The position numbers and the translations under genes were made by a program. Below are positions 1 to 10,121 of a stretch of 64,000 nt of DNA, one piece after another. Source of the DNA: an uncultured Nitrospiraceae bacterium (lineage in GTDB: Bacteria; Nitrospirota; Thermodesulfovibrionia; Thermodesulfovibrionales; Dissulfurispiraceae); the NCBI GenBank assembly GCA_963727805.1, contig CAVSHF010000004.1, positions 32,001-96,000 on the forward strand, given 5' to 3'. Numbering within the stretch: the first letter of the stretch is position 1; every line of letters starts with the position of its first letter. The notes below the pieces were generated by a model that was not told the DNA's origin, made no database searches, and saw only the letters and a program-made list of their open reading frames with translations.

Positions 1-425
1 AGATTGCTGGTTGCTCACATGCAGCGGCATGAGCCTTTATAAACTGATCCCGGTGGCCTGCCATGTTCCATGTGCAGCCACCCTACAGAATCGGACAGGT
101 TATTTGCTCTAAAACAGGACAACTCTATTTGTTGACAACAGTGTAGCGATTTTTTTGAGCGTTTTTTTTGAGTTTTGTCAAGGCAAAGCAGAAATGGGTG
201 TCCGGTTCTATGCCACCGCCGTCTGCGGGGTTTTTAGTTTATTGTTAGTGAGGACGAATTTCCCCCTCCAGGGATGATCGCGAGGAGGAATGTACCGCTT
301 CCTCTTCGTCCCTGTCAGCGGTTGTTTTATTTCCTCGGGATGTTTGGTGATCTGAGGATATGCAAGGGACTTGCCCTTACAAAACTAAACTTCGGTAGAA
401 AGCCTGTGTAAGAAGCCATGTCTAC

Positions 426-911
426 TTATTGCTTTACCCAGTCTGTTATGCAAATCGACTCATTATTTTGCGGCACCCATCCCTTCGCAGTCTTGATGAA
501 TTCCATTCTCATATTCTCCAGTCGACAAACCGAGCCAGCCGGAAGGGTGGCATCTACTATGTCGTGACCATTGTCACTCAGTCGCATAACAAATGCTTTG
601 GAGAGAGGTGCTACCCCGCGTTCATCCATGGGGATGCCACTTACCAACCGAGCATTGTGGACGTGTGCGTCTTGGGAACTTCTGACTGTGGCATTGTAGA
701 TAACTGTATAAATATCGTGTGGCAAGGCCCTCCCTTGGAGGCGTTCAAACGAGGTTATCTCAACCTTGACCGGGCATGAGGACTTTGCATCAGCAAATTC
801 ATCGACAATATACTTTTTGATCGAATAGTCTGTTGTGACCCTGTAACTAGCACACCCAAAAAGCATCGCTGTCGCGACGGCAATGATTACTATAGCCGAT
901 GATTTATTCAT
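426..911 (-). CDS. Hypothetical lipoprotein
   Basis: ORF 426..941. Likely start MNKSS at 911 after a GGAGG RBS; hydrophobic signal ending in lipobox LFGC. Confidence 0.6.
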   Translation of the reverse strand: MNKSSAIVIIAVATAMLFGCASYRVTTDYSIKKYIVDEFADAKSSCPVKVEITSFERLQGRALPHDIYTVIYNATVRSSQDAHVHNARLVSGIPMDERGVAPLSKAFVMRLSDNGHDIVDATLPAGSVCRLENMRMEFIKTAKGWVPQNNESICITDWVKQ

Positions 912-1531
912 TCTTATAATCCTCCATCTATCTGTGGCCATTTAAGAATATGCTCTCATATAATAGTTTAATTGATTTTATTTTGACTATACTTGATCAC
1001 TAAGTGCAAATAGGTAAGCGGGTTGATAATAATGAAAGGAGACCTTCCTCTCAAAATAAATGACAAGTATACCAGCCTTTGCACTTGAGATGCGGCACCT
1101 GCCTTAATAAGTGTAAAATTAGGTATCTATCCCGGCTAGTGTCTCTACTCTACTGAATACCCTATTTCTTAGCGATGTAGATCGCTGCACGTTACAAAAA
1201 TTCACTCAACGAAGCGGTTATGATAGATGTTATTCGAAATACTCACTTCTTAGTCGGATCTTAGACTGAAGGTTATCAGGCGGAACCAATAAAGTCCGGC
1301 AAAGAACACCGGTCTCGATTTCAGAAAAAACATTATTTTTCAGCATCAACTACTTAATTTGCGCAGCGTGTAATCTAAAATAGTGCAGTAGGCAATGCTT
1401 CATTCGCGTCAGGATGAAAGTTATCTTGCAGAAAGGGCTGCGAAACTTTTGACATAGCCAAGCGGGCGGACATCTTCAACACATAGAAATGAATAGTATA
1501 CACTGCCTTTTTGATAAGCTATAATAAATAA

Positions 1532-4510
1532 ATGCTTTTGAGACATCGGAATATCTTTTTTTTGCTTTTTGCTTTATCGGGATTCTCCGGTCTAATCTAC
1601 GAATCGATCTGGACCCATTATCTGAAACTTTTCCTTGGACACGCAGCATATGCTCAAACGCTTGTATTGGCTATCTTTATGGGTGGACTGGCTTTGGGTT
1701 CATGGATATGCAGCAAGTACTCAGTGTGGTGGAAGAACCTGCTTTTGGGTTACGCTGTCGCAGAAGGGGCAATTGGTCTGTTTGCTCTGATTTTTCACAC
1801 TGCATTTGTTCAAGCGGTGGACATTTCTTATACCAGTGTGATCCCGAATCTCGGCTCGCCTTTAAGCATTACCGCCTACAAGTGGACCCTCTCGGCGCTG
1901 ATGATTTTGCCCCAGTCGACGCTGCTGGGGATGACCTTTCCCCTGATGAGTGCGGGCGTGCTCCGCCTCTTCCCCGACAAACCGGGCAGGAACGTTGCCA
2001 TGCTGTACTTTACCAACAGTATCGGCGCATCCATCGGCGTTTTAGTGAGCGGGTTCATTCTCATCCGTATGGTAGGGCTGCCCGGGACCATTGGAATAGC
2101 AGGAGTAATAAATATCATTCTGGCTCTCGCAGTCTGGTGGCTGGTGCGGTTTGGGCCGTCAGAGGTTAAGCCTGCAGTAGTCGTGGTAGCTCCACCGAAA
2201 GAGAACATTCGCTGGTACCGGCTATTCCTGCTGGCATCACTGGTCACCGGGCTTGCCTCTTTCATCTATGAGATTGGATGGATCAGGATGCTGAGTCTTG
2301 TTCTCGGCACTTCAACCCATGCCTTCGAGTTAATGCTCAGCGCGTTCATCCTGGGCCTTGCCTTTGGCGGTCTGTGGATACAGCGACATATCGACCAAGT
2401 CGAAAGTCCGGTTCGTTATCTTGCAAAGGTGCAGGTCATCATGGGGCTTCTGGCCCTTTCGACCTTGCTGCTTTACGGACACACCTTTGAGGGCATGCAA
2501 TGGCTTGTGAAGAGTCTGCCGAAGACCGACACCGGATATACACTCTTTAATCTTTCCAGCAGCGGCATAGCGATGGCGATCATGCTGCCGACCACTATCT
2601 GTGCGGGAATGACACTTCCGCTAATCACCTTTATTCTGATCAGGAGGGGGCAGGGAGAGAGTAGCATCGGCGCAGTTTATGCCGCCAACACTGTCGGAGC
2701 GATTATCGGGGTTTTCTTTTCCATTCATATAGGGATGCCGCATTTAGGGCTGAAGGGGCTAATCACCCTTGGGGCCGGCATGGATATCACCCTTGGAGTA
2801 GCGCTTCTATGGAGCACTGCAGCCCGGTTCATTAATCAAATGTTACTACCGGCCGCTATGACTGCGGTCGGCGCTACTGCGGTAGCTGCCACTTTCCTGT
2901 TCGTGCAACTTGATCCCTTTAAAATGGGGTCAGGGGTTTATCGTAATGGGATTCTTGAATCTCCCGACACAGACCGTCTTTTGTATTACAAGGACGGCAG
3001 GACCGCCACAGTAAGCTGCTTCTTGGACAACCAGGGTGTGATATCAATACGTACCAATGGGAAAGTTGACGCAGGAATCATGACCGTTCCTGAGAATGAA
3101 AATACTGTTGATGAAACCACAATGATCCTTCTTGCGGTTGTGCCCATGACCCTAGCTCCGCAAATGAAAACAGTAGCTGCCATCGGCATGGGATCTGGGC
3201 TGACATCCCATACTCTACTTTCGAACCCGTCAATTCAGCAGGTTGATACCGTGGAGATTGAGAAAGAGATGGTTGCGGCTGCAAATTACTTCAGGCCCCG
3301 CGTGGAGTTGGTTTACACCGACCCGCGCAGCAGGATTTACATTGACGATGCCAAGACCTTCTTTTCCACATACAACAAGAAATATGATCTCATCGTGTCG
3401 GAACCTTCGAATCCATGGGTAAGTGGCGTGGCAGGGCTTTTTTCAAGGGAGTTCTATCGGCTGATCAAAACGCATTTGCGTGACGGTGGCCTATTTGTGC
3501 AGTGGGTGCAACTTTACGAAATCAATGTGGACCTGGTAGCATCGGTGCTCAAGGCGATCTCAGAGAACTTTTCGGACTACGAGGTCTATGCAAGCAACGA
3601 TAATGACATGCTGATTGTAGCCAAAAAAGGTGGTCTCCTTCCCGATCCGGATTATTCAGTTCTGACGGTCCCTGCAATCAATTCCGCTTTGAAGCGGATA
3701 AAGGTTAATAGTAGTCAGGATATATCTATTAGAAAGGCAGGATCGAAGAAATTTCTTGCGCCCCTGCTCGAATCATTCTCTACACGTGCCAATTCTGATT
3801 ATCATCCGGTTCTCGACCAGAATGCTGCGCGCGCCCGCTTCCTGAAGGACTCAGCACAGGATTTTCTGAATTTTCAGCACATACCGATTCCTGCCATGGA
3901 GATCCTTGACGGTGCACTATTGCGACAGGATGCGACGAATGTTACTTTCACTAATTACTTATTTAAAGCACAGGCGACGGTCACGGCTATGGCTCTTCGT
4001 GATTATTTTATGTCGGGCAACGTCGCCGCGGGTCAAACTAACGAAGATCTCATGAAGAAAGCTACTTTTATAAAGGCGGCTTGCGGAGGCATGTTCAACA
4101 CTAGCCAACATGAACGCTTGGAAACGATGTTCACCCTGTCGGTTGCGATGGTCCCATACCTTAACCCTTCCGAATTGGGCTCATTTTGGAGCGTACTGAA
4201 ATCAGGAAAGTGCGTCTCGTTGTTGTCAGCCGGCGAGAGGCAGTGGTTGAACCTTTTTAAAGCAGTGGGAAACAGGGATGCAGTCCGTATGATGGAGGAA
4301 GCGCAGACAATACTGGCCAGCGGGAACGAGCTTTCGCCGATAGCAAGGAAATACCTTCTTGCATCCGGGATGGTGGGTGCACTGGCTCAGGGTAAGAGAG
4401 CCGAAGCGAACTGGCTCTGGACTAAATACGGTTTATCGCTCATCGCCACGGACGATCCAGATTTACTTTTCAGAATGCTTGCAGCTGAAAGTGTGGGTGT
4501 GGCCCGCTGA
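1532..4510 (+). CDS. Fused multi-TM (MFS-like) / spermidine-synthase-like SAM-dependent transferase
   Basis: Two repeats of 'SGFSGLIYE..W...L.L.LG' TM blocks, then a Rossmann-type domain (IGMGSG, VEIE, DDAK, YDLIVSEPSNPW). Confidence 0.8.
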   Translation: MLLRHRNIFFLLFALSGFSGLIYESIWTHYLKLFLGHAAYAQTLVLAIFMGGLALGSWICSKYSVWWKNLLLGYAVAEGAIGLFALIFHTAFVQAVDISYTSVIPNLGSPLSITAYKWTLSALMILPQSTLLGMTFPLMSAGVLRLFPDKPGRNVAMLYFTNSIGASIGVLVSGFILIRMVGLPGTIGIAGVINIILALAVWWLVRFGPSEVKPAVVVVAPPKENIRWYRLFLLASLVTGLASFIYEIGWIRMLSLVLGTSTHAFELMLSAFILGLAFGGLWIQRHIDQVESPVRYLAKVQVIMGLLALSTLLLYGHTFEGMQWLVKSLPKTDTGYTLFNLSSSGIAMAIMLPTTICAGMTLPLITFILIRRGQGESSIGAVYAANTVGAIIGVFFSIHIGMPHLGLKGLITLGAGMDITLGVALLWSTAARFINQMLLPAAMTAVGATAVAATFLFVQLDPFKMGSGVYRNGILESPDTDRLLYYKDGRTATVSCFLDNQGVISIRTNGKVDAGIMTVPENENTVDETTMILLAVVPMTLAPQMKTVAAIGMGSGLTSHTLLSNPSIQQVDTVEIEKEMVAAANYFRPRVELVYTDPRSRIYIDDAKTFFSTYNKKYDLIVSEPSNPWVSGVAGLFSREFYRLIKTHLRDGGLFVQWVQLYEINVDLVASVLKAISENFSDYEVYASNDNDMLIVAKKGGLLPDPDYSVLTVPAINSALKRIKVNSSQDISIRKAGSKKFLAPLLESFSTRANSDYHPVLDQNAARARFLKDSAQDFLNFQHIPIPAMEILDGALLRQDATNVTFTNYLFKAQATVTAMALRDYFMSGNVAAGQTNEDLMKKATFIKAACGGMFNTSQHERLETMFTLSVAMVPYLNPSELGSFWSVLKSGKCVSLLSAGERQWLNLFKAVGNRDAVRMMEEAQTILASGNELSPIARKYLLASGMVGALAQGKRAEANWLWTKYGLSLIATDDPDLLFRMLAAESVGVAR

Positions 4511-4824
4511 AAAATTTCGTTCAAACGCTATAGTATAAAGACCCACTTCTTGATGAAGTTATGCCAAAGACAGGGCACGTTATTCCTCATATACTACGCT
4601 TCGAATGTATCCAGATCAGCCTTGACGATTTCCTCGGCGAGTCCATCCGAGCGGAACGGCATGCGCTTGCAGTAGTGATGATCTCCTCTCGTGTCCCGCA
4701 AGATAATCAGTATGGCGAGAGTAAGAGTAAAAGGGACATGATTGCCCCACATCACTTTTTTGATTCAGAGGAGTATAATTTACTATATATCGAAACATAA
4801 CCGCATAAATTCAAGAGGAATAGA

Positions 4825-5271
4825 ATGCAGAAAACAAGTTTGTTATTAGCCCTTATTTCAATCTCTATAGTAATTACTCATATGGCGGAGGGATCAGACT
4901 GGATCTATTTGATGGAAACCCAAGCGGGTGGCTATTCTTATGATAGGCAAAGCGTTAAACGCATATCAAAGGATATCTGGCAGGTATGGACTAAACAAGT
5001 AGTCATAACAAAAGAACAGAGAGACTGGAATATAGAAATTTTGCAAAAACTTAATCTTTCTACTCAAGGTTATGAGGATTTTAGCTATGGAATGGACTTG
5101 TGGGAAATCAATTGCTCAACAGATCAAATGCGTTTGGTACGCTTTGCTGCTTACACCCCAGCACATATGATTATTGATTCAAGTAACGTTGAACAGAAAT
5201 GGAGCCACGTTATTCCCGAATCAACAGGAGGACATCTTTATGCCATATTGTGCAATTCAACGGAAATATAA
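4825..5271 (+). CDS. Secreted protein, surface-adhesin E-like
   Basis: Signal peptide; W..., YYD..S.K..., VW.K, EINC and 'W..VIPES......C' pattern. Confidence 0.5.
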   Translation: MQKTSLLLALISISIVITHMAEGSDWIYLMETQAGGYSYDRQSVKRISKDIWQVWTKQVVITKEQRDWNIEILQKLNLSTQGYEDFSYGMDLWEINCSTDQMRLVRFAAYTPAHMIIDSSNVEQKWSHVIPESTGGHLYAILCNSTEI

Positions 5272-5388
5272 CTTTTATTTCCGCAAGATTACAGAAATGT
5301 TCAGGGGATAACGTAGTTTCTGAAAAGCTACACTCCACAGCCTTCCACTGATAATTGGAGCACCTACGAGGGAGAGAGAAGTTATAAG

Positions 5389-5461
<73 letters not shown>

Positions 5462-5555
5462 TTTTGCAGACTTAAAGAATATCATCTATAATCAAGGATT
5501 GTCAAGGGTTTCCGATTCTGCTATGCTTTAATAATAAGGGGCATGAAAGGCTGCT

Positions 5556-5966
5556 ATGGGCAAACGAGTTGTATGTGCAGGCACATTTGATTACCTCCAC
5601 CAGGGGCATATCGATTTCCTGAATCAGGCAAGAGCGCTCGGGGATGAACTTGTTGTTATTGTGGCCAGGGACGATACGGTGAAGAGGATAAAGGGATTTC
5701 TGCCGAGCCAAAATGAAGAGTTGAGAATGAATCGTATCAAGGAAACCGGTATCCCTGACGCGGTAGTGCTTGGCAACCAGAAAGAAGACCTTTTCCATAT
5801 ACTCGAAGAACTGAAGCCGGATATTATCGCCCTCGGTTATGACCAGCGGGTGTCGGAAGAGATCGTGCAGAAACGTTGTCCCGTATGCACTGTTGTACGG
5901 CTTGCCTCTTACCATCCTGAAAAATTTAAATCCTCTTTATATCGCAGTCGGGATGCAGGAGAGTAA
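5556..5966 (+). CDS. Cytidylyl/adenylyltransferase family protein (RibL-like FAD synthase)
   Basis: GTFDYLHQGH (HxGH) motif, VIVARD, PDIIALGYDQ. Confidence 0.75.
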   Translation: MGKRVVCAGTFDYLHQGHIDFLNQARALGDELVVIVARDDTVKRIKGFLPSQNEELRMNRIKETGIPDAVVLGNQKEDLFHILEELKPDIIALGYDQRVSEEIVQKRCPVCTVVRLASYHPEKFKSSLYRSRDAGE

Positions 5967-5975
5967 GACTTTGGG

Positions 5976-6006
5976 AAAAATAAAAAGGGCCTCCGAAGAG
6001 GCCCTT
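5976..6006 (-). terminator. Intrinsic terminator of atpB-atpE
   Basis: AAGGGCCTC-CGAA-GAGGCCCTT hairpin (UUCG loop on the minus strand) followed by a U-tract on the minus strand. Confidence 0.8.
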
Positions 6007-6035
6007 ACAGAGTAAAAAAATTAGTGGATGAAAGT

Positions 6036-6398
6036 TTACTTCATCAACTTGTCAAGAAAAGGATTTGCATAGAACGTGATAAGAACGACAACGAGGGCAT
6101 AGATAGCAAGGGACTCGATCATGGCCAGACCGATAATAAGGGTCGTCATGATCTTACCGGATACTCCGGGATTCCTTGCAGTACCCTCTGTTGCACCTCT
6201 TAAGCCGTGGCCCATACCGATACCGCAACCTAGTGCTGCCAGGCCGATACCGATGGCACAACCAATCGTGGCAAGACCGAAATACGAAGACTTGGCGGGA
6301 TCGACTCCCTTGGCCATTTCTTCAGCACCGGCAAGTGGTGCAAAGAGCGCCACGACAAAGAGGGTGAGCATTGAGATTACAAACAGTTTCTTCATCAT
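6036..6398 (-). CDS. atpE: F0F1 ATP synthase subunit c
   Basis: GxGxG helix, ARNP loop, MIESLAIY carboxylate motif; N-terminal signal-like extension. Confidence 0.95.
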   Translation of the reverse strand: MMKKLFVISMLTLFVVALFAPLAGAEEMAKGVDPAKSSYFGLATIGCAIGIGLAALGCGIGMGHGLRGATEGTARNPGVSGKIMTTLIIGLAMIESLAIYALVVVLITFYANPFLDKLMK

Positions 6399-6419
6399 TA
6401 TCCTCCTTTCTGGATTATT

Positions 6420-7103
6420 TTAATGCGCTTCCTCTACCGCACCGGCGAGGTAAAGCGTCGTCAAAAGCATAAAAACATAAGCCTGAATGAAACTTATCAG
6501 GGTCCCGAGGAAGAGTATGGCTGCAGGGATAATGGCGGGAGCTAAGATTGCCAGAACGATGAGAAGTATATGTTTTGCGAACATGTTTCCGAAAAGTCGG
6601 ACGGACAGAGTGATCGGCCTCACGAGATGTCCAATCAGTTCGAGGAAGAACATGAATATCATGAAAGGTATGGCGGCAACGGAGCGGATGGGGCCAAGAA
6701 AATGCTTAAGGTAGCTTAAACCGTGTACCTTGAAACCCCAGAACTGATAGATGAGAAATACGGGAATGGCCATGGATGCTGTCATATTGATGTTGCTTGT
6801 CGGAGACTCGAAGCCGGGTATCAGGCCAAAGAGGTTACAAGTCAGAATATACAGAAAGATCGTGCCGAGAAGTGGATAAAACTTTTCTCCGTAGTGGTGG
6901 CCGATGTTATTTTCCGAAGTGGTAAGGAAGAAGTCGGCAAATATCTCCATAAAATTTTGCACTCCGGAAGGTACCAGGCTCAGCTTGCTTCTCACCGCGA
7001 GAGCGGTGCCGATAAGCAGGATCATGGCAAGCCAGGAATAGGTGACATACGGTTCGAATGTATTGAGTCCGGGGATTGCGCCTAAGATTGTCGGTGATTC
7101 CAC
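6420..7103 (-). CDS. atpB: F0F1 ATP synthase subunit a
   Basis: PSGVQNFME, NLFGLIPG, RPITLSVRLFGN, IQAYVFMLL motifs. Confidence 0.95.
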   Translation of the reverse strand: MESPTILGAIPGLNTFEPYVTYSWLAMILLIGTALAVRSKLSLVPSGVQNFMEIFADFFLTTSENNIGHHYGEKFYPLLGTIFLYILTCNLFGLIPGFESPTSNINMTASMAIPVFLIYQFWGFKVHGLSYLKHFLGPIRSVAAIPFMIFMFFLELIGHLVRPITLSVRLFGNMFAKHILLIVLAILAPAIIPAAILFLGTLISFIQAYVFMLLTTLYLAGAVEEAH

Positions 7104-7190
7104 TTTTAAAGTCCTCCTTATGTATCTATAAGCTATATTTATTAATTAGTTAGCGGTTTCAAATACGCAGTTATATTAAAGAAACCGGAA

Positions 7191-8486
7191 TTAAATGTCA
7201 AGCGGATTATCCCTCAGAGATTTCAGTGCCCTGTACGCTATGTCTTTCCGGTAATGCATGCCGTTGAAATGTATATTTTTTATCGCTTCATATGCTTTAT
7301 CTCTGGCAGCCCTGATATCCTCTCCGAGGGCTGTGACTCCAAGTACTCTTCCACCGTTAGTAACGACGTTATTATTTTTGAAGGTAGTGCCCGCATGAAA
7401 AACCGTTACGTCTGCCATCTTCTTCGTCTCGTCAAGTCCTTCGATGACATCGCCTTTTGGGTAGGTGCCCGGATATCCCTTTGCGGCAAGCACGACGCAC
7501 ACAGCCGCTTCCGGCTTCCACTTGACGTCTAGTTCCGAGAGCTTTCCATCGGTCAGGGCAAGGCAGATATCGAGAAGGTCCGTTGAGAGACGTGAAAGGA
7601 CCGGCTGTGTTTCGGGATCGCCGAGCCTGCAATTGAACTCAAGGACGGAAGGTTTATTATTGTTGATCATAAGGCCGGCGTAAAGGATGCCTTTGTATTT
7701 GATTCCTTCGGATTTCATGCCCTCTATAACAGGTCTCATAATAGTATCAACGATTTCTTTTTCAAACGCCGGAGTGATAATCGGGGCTGGACTGTAAGCG
7801 CCCATGCCCCCCGTGTTCAGACCGATATCTCCGTCAAAAACCCTCTTGTGATCCTGTGAACTGACCATCGGGACGATAGTCTCTCCATCAGTAAAAACCA
7901 TGAAAGAGGCCTCCTCACCCTGAAGGCACTGTTCGACAACGACCCTGTCGCCCGCTTCGCCGAAGGCCCTGTCTTTCATAATGAGTCTGAGTGCATCAAT
8001 GGCCTCATCTATAGTGGACGCAACGAAAACGCCCTTGCCGGCAGCAAGGCCGTCAGCCTTGATCACAATAGGCGCGCCCATCATCCTCACATAATCTTCT
8101 GCGTGCATATAGGTCGAGAAGACTTTGTATTCAGCTGTAGGAATGCGGTAGCGCCTCATGAAATCTTTTGCGTAGATTTTGCTCGATTCGAGCATTGCTG
8201 CAGCCTTTGTCGGGCCTATGATCCTCCTGCCCTCTTTTTCGAAAATGTCGACGATGCCTTTAGACAGGGGGTCTTCGGGCCCGACAATGGTCAGGTCGAT
8301 CCATTCGTACCTTACAAAATCGAGCAGTGCCCCGAAGTCATCGGGTGCTACCTCAATACATTCGGCAAGTTCGGCGATCCCGGCATTCCCGGGAGTGCAA
8401 TAAATCTTGTCCACCTTCAGTGATTGCGAGAGCTTCCAGGCAATGGCATGTTCCCGTCCGCCCCCTCCCACGATAAGAACTTTCAT
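7191..8486 (-). CDS. purD: Phosphoribosylamine-glycine ligase
   Basis: GGGGREHA, KADGLAAGKGV, NTGGMGAYSP, EFNCRLGDPETQ. Confidence 0.97.
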   Translation of the reverse strand: MKVLIVGGGGREHAIAWKLSQSLKVDKIYCTPGNAGIAELAECIEVAPDDFGALLDFVRYEWIDLTIVGPEDPLSKGIVDIFEKEGRRIIGPTKAAAMLESSKIYAKDFMRRYRIPTAEYKVFSTYMHAEDYVRMMGAPIVIKADGLAAGKGVFVASTIDEAIDALRLIMKDRAFGEAGDRVVVEQCLQGEEASFMVFTDGETIVPMVSSQDHKRVFDGDIGLNTGGMGAYSPAPIITPAFEKEIVDTIMRPVIEGMKSEGIKYKGILYAGLMINNNKPSVLEFNCRLGDPETQPVLSRLSTDLLDICLALTDGKLSELDVKWKPEAAVCVVLAAKGYPGTYPKGDVIEGLDETKKMADVTVFHAGTTFKNNNVVTNGGRVLGVTALGEDIRAARDKAYEAIKNIHFNGMHYRKDIAYRALKSLRDNPLDI

Positions 8487-8487
8487 A

Positions 8488-9387
8488 TTAGTTATTCCTT
8501 TCTTCGGCTTTAGTCACGAGCCAGAAAACAATGCCCAGTGTTAGTATGAGCGCGATCAGATAGTAAAGTTTTTCGGTTGCTTCGTGCTTGAGGGCCATGA
8601 TCATCGTGTCTCGGATAAAAGCGACAAGGGCGACGCCTACGAAGACGCTGATCCTGAATTTCCCTCCCTTCAGGTGCTTTATCTCCGTATTCATAAGCTC
8701 AATCATAATCCAGAGCACGAGAAGTGACCCGAGCGATGTAATGATACCATGTTCGATGCCTACTGCTACAAGATCTTTTAAATCCATGGCAAAAAGTGCG
8801 ATAACTCCGAGAGTCAGACCGATCAGTGCGAGGACGAGCACAAGGTTCATGGTTTGAGCGAACCGCTCGGCAAACGATATCAGGGCGTTCCTGACGCGGT
8901 AGGCGGGAGAATAGGCCCTCAGCTCTTCCTCGATATAAGATGCTGTAATGACATCGAGGTTCATATCGAGGATTTTTTCAACCGAGATGAGAAGACGTGT
9001 TCTTTCTTCGGCGTCCTCGATATTGCGGTTCAATATATCGATGCAGCAATTTCTGACGATATTGATTGCTCTGTTCATATAGTGAGCATCCACCGAAACG
9101 CGAACATGTGTCTGGCCTATACGCAGCAGCTTTTCATAATATTTTGTGTCGTAGGTACCCGTAAAGAGCAGATGAAACCATGTTTTGTGGGATTCAAAGA
9201 CATACTGTCGCTTGCTGTCGTCGCTAAAAAAACGAGCCGTTTCGTCGATCTTGAGCACCCACGAATGCAAAGCGTTCATGACCACATCGACATGATCATA
9301 CATGAGCTCCTTTAAAGATCCAAGGAGCCGCTCGTCTTCGCTGCTGAAGTCGTAATGAGACTTTATTTCTTTGAAAGATCTCATCAA
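8488..9387 (-). CDS. Protoglobin/globin-sensor domain fused to PsiE-like membrane domain
   Basis: N-terminal globin pattern (F..ED..LL, WF..LF.G.YD..YY....RIG..H, K..D...D.I..SY); four C-terminal TM helices with 'IELMNT' and 'VALVAFIR'. Confidence 0.75.
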   Translation of the reverse strand: MMRSFKEIKSHYDFSSEDERLLGSLKELMYDHVDVVMNALHSWVLKIDETARFFSDDSKRQYVFESHKTWFHLLFTGTYDTKYYEKLLRIGQTHVRVSVDAHYMNRAINIVRNCCIDILNRNIEDAEERTRLLISVEKILDMNLDVITASYIEEELRAYSPAYRVRNALISFAERFAQTMNLVLVLALIGLTLGVIALFAMDLKDLVAVGIEHGIITSLGSLLVLWIMIELMNTEIKHLKGGKFRISVFVGVALVAFIRDTMIMALKHEATEKLYYLIALILTLGIVFWLVTKAEERNN

Positions 9388-9409
9388 TGTTTCAACGGTC
9401 TCTGGCCGC

Positions 9410-10012
9410 TCAGGACCTCTCTTTTTTGATCACTGCTGTCAGATAATCGGCTATCAGGGTGTCATAGCGGGCGGTATGGGTAAAGACTTTATTGGCAAAT
9501 TTGAGCTTTGTATCCCTGCTAATCTCACCGCCGGATTTCTTCATCTCCTGGAGGACTACGGAATAGTCGGCGGGGTCGACCACCACGGTAACGTCCGCGA
9601 AATTCTTCGAAGAAGCCCTGAGCATGGCAGGGCCGCCAATGTCGATATTCTCGATGGCCTCATCGAAGGTCACGTCAGGCTTCGCGATGGTTTTTTCAAA
9701 TGGATAGAGGTTGACGACAACGAGATCAATTGTGCTGATTCCGTGCTTTTTAATATCTTCCATGTCCTTGGGATTGCTGCGGCGCGAAAGTAGGCCGCCA
9801 TGTATCTTCGGGTGGAGCGTCTTAAGCCTTCCGTCGAGCATTTCTGGAAAGCCGGTATAATCGGATACCTCAATGACGGGAACTCCCGCATCGCGTAAGG
9901 TCTTTGCCGTGCCGCCGGTCGAAAGGATCTCAAGTCCCATGGCGGACAATTCTCTCGCGAAATCAACAATGCCTGTCTTGTCTGAAACGCTGATCAACGC
10001 CCTCTTGATCAT
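9410..10012 (-). CDS. purH: IMP cyclohydrolase (N-terminal MGS-like half of PurH only)
   Basis: [39 protein letters not shown]; ends at 200 aa with no transformylase domain. Confidence 0.9.
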   Translation of the reverse strand: MIKRALISVSDKTGIVDFARELSAMGLEILSTGGTAKTLRDAGVPVIEVSDYTGFPEMLDGRLKTLHPKIHGGLLSRRSNPKDMEDIKKHGISTIDLVVVNLYPFEKTIAKPDVTFDEAIENIDIGGPAMLRASSKNFADVTVVVDPADYSVVLQEMKKSGGEISRDTKLKFANKVFTHTARYDTLIADYLTAVIKKERS

Positions 10013-10121
10013 AATTAAAACCTCCTCAAAAAAGTTAACGATCTGATCTTAAAAAGATAAGATGCAGAAAAAAGCCGACTCGTACGTCTATTGTATCACA
10101 ATATACCTTTTTCTTTGAGGC

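Noticed and set aside
106..115. GTTTTAGAGC (type II CRISPR repeat start) on the minus strand
   Set aside because: Single 10-mer with no repeat-spacer periodicity and no cas genes; no CRISPR array is seen anywhere in the window.
6036..6398. Na+-translocating ATP synthase (ES..Y motif)
   Set aside because: The helix-1 Gln required for Na+ binding is Met (GCGIGMG), so H+ coupling is more likely.
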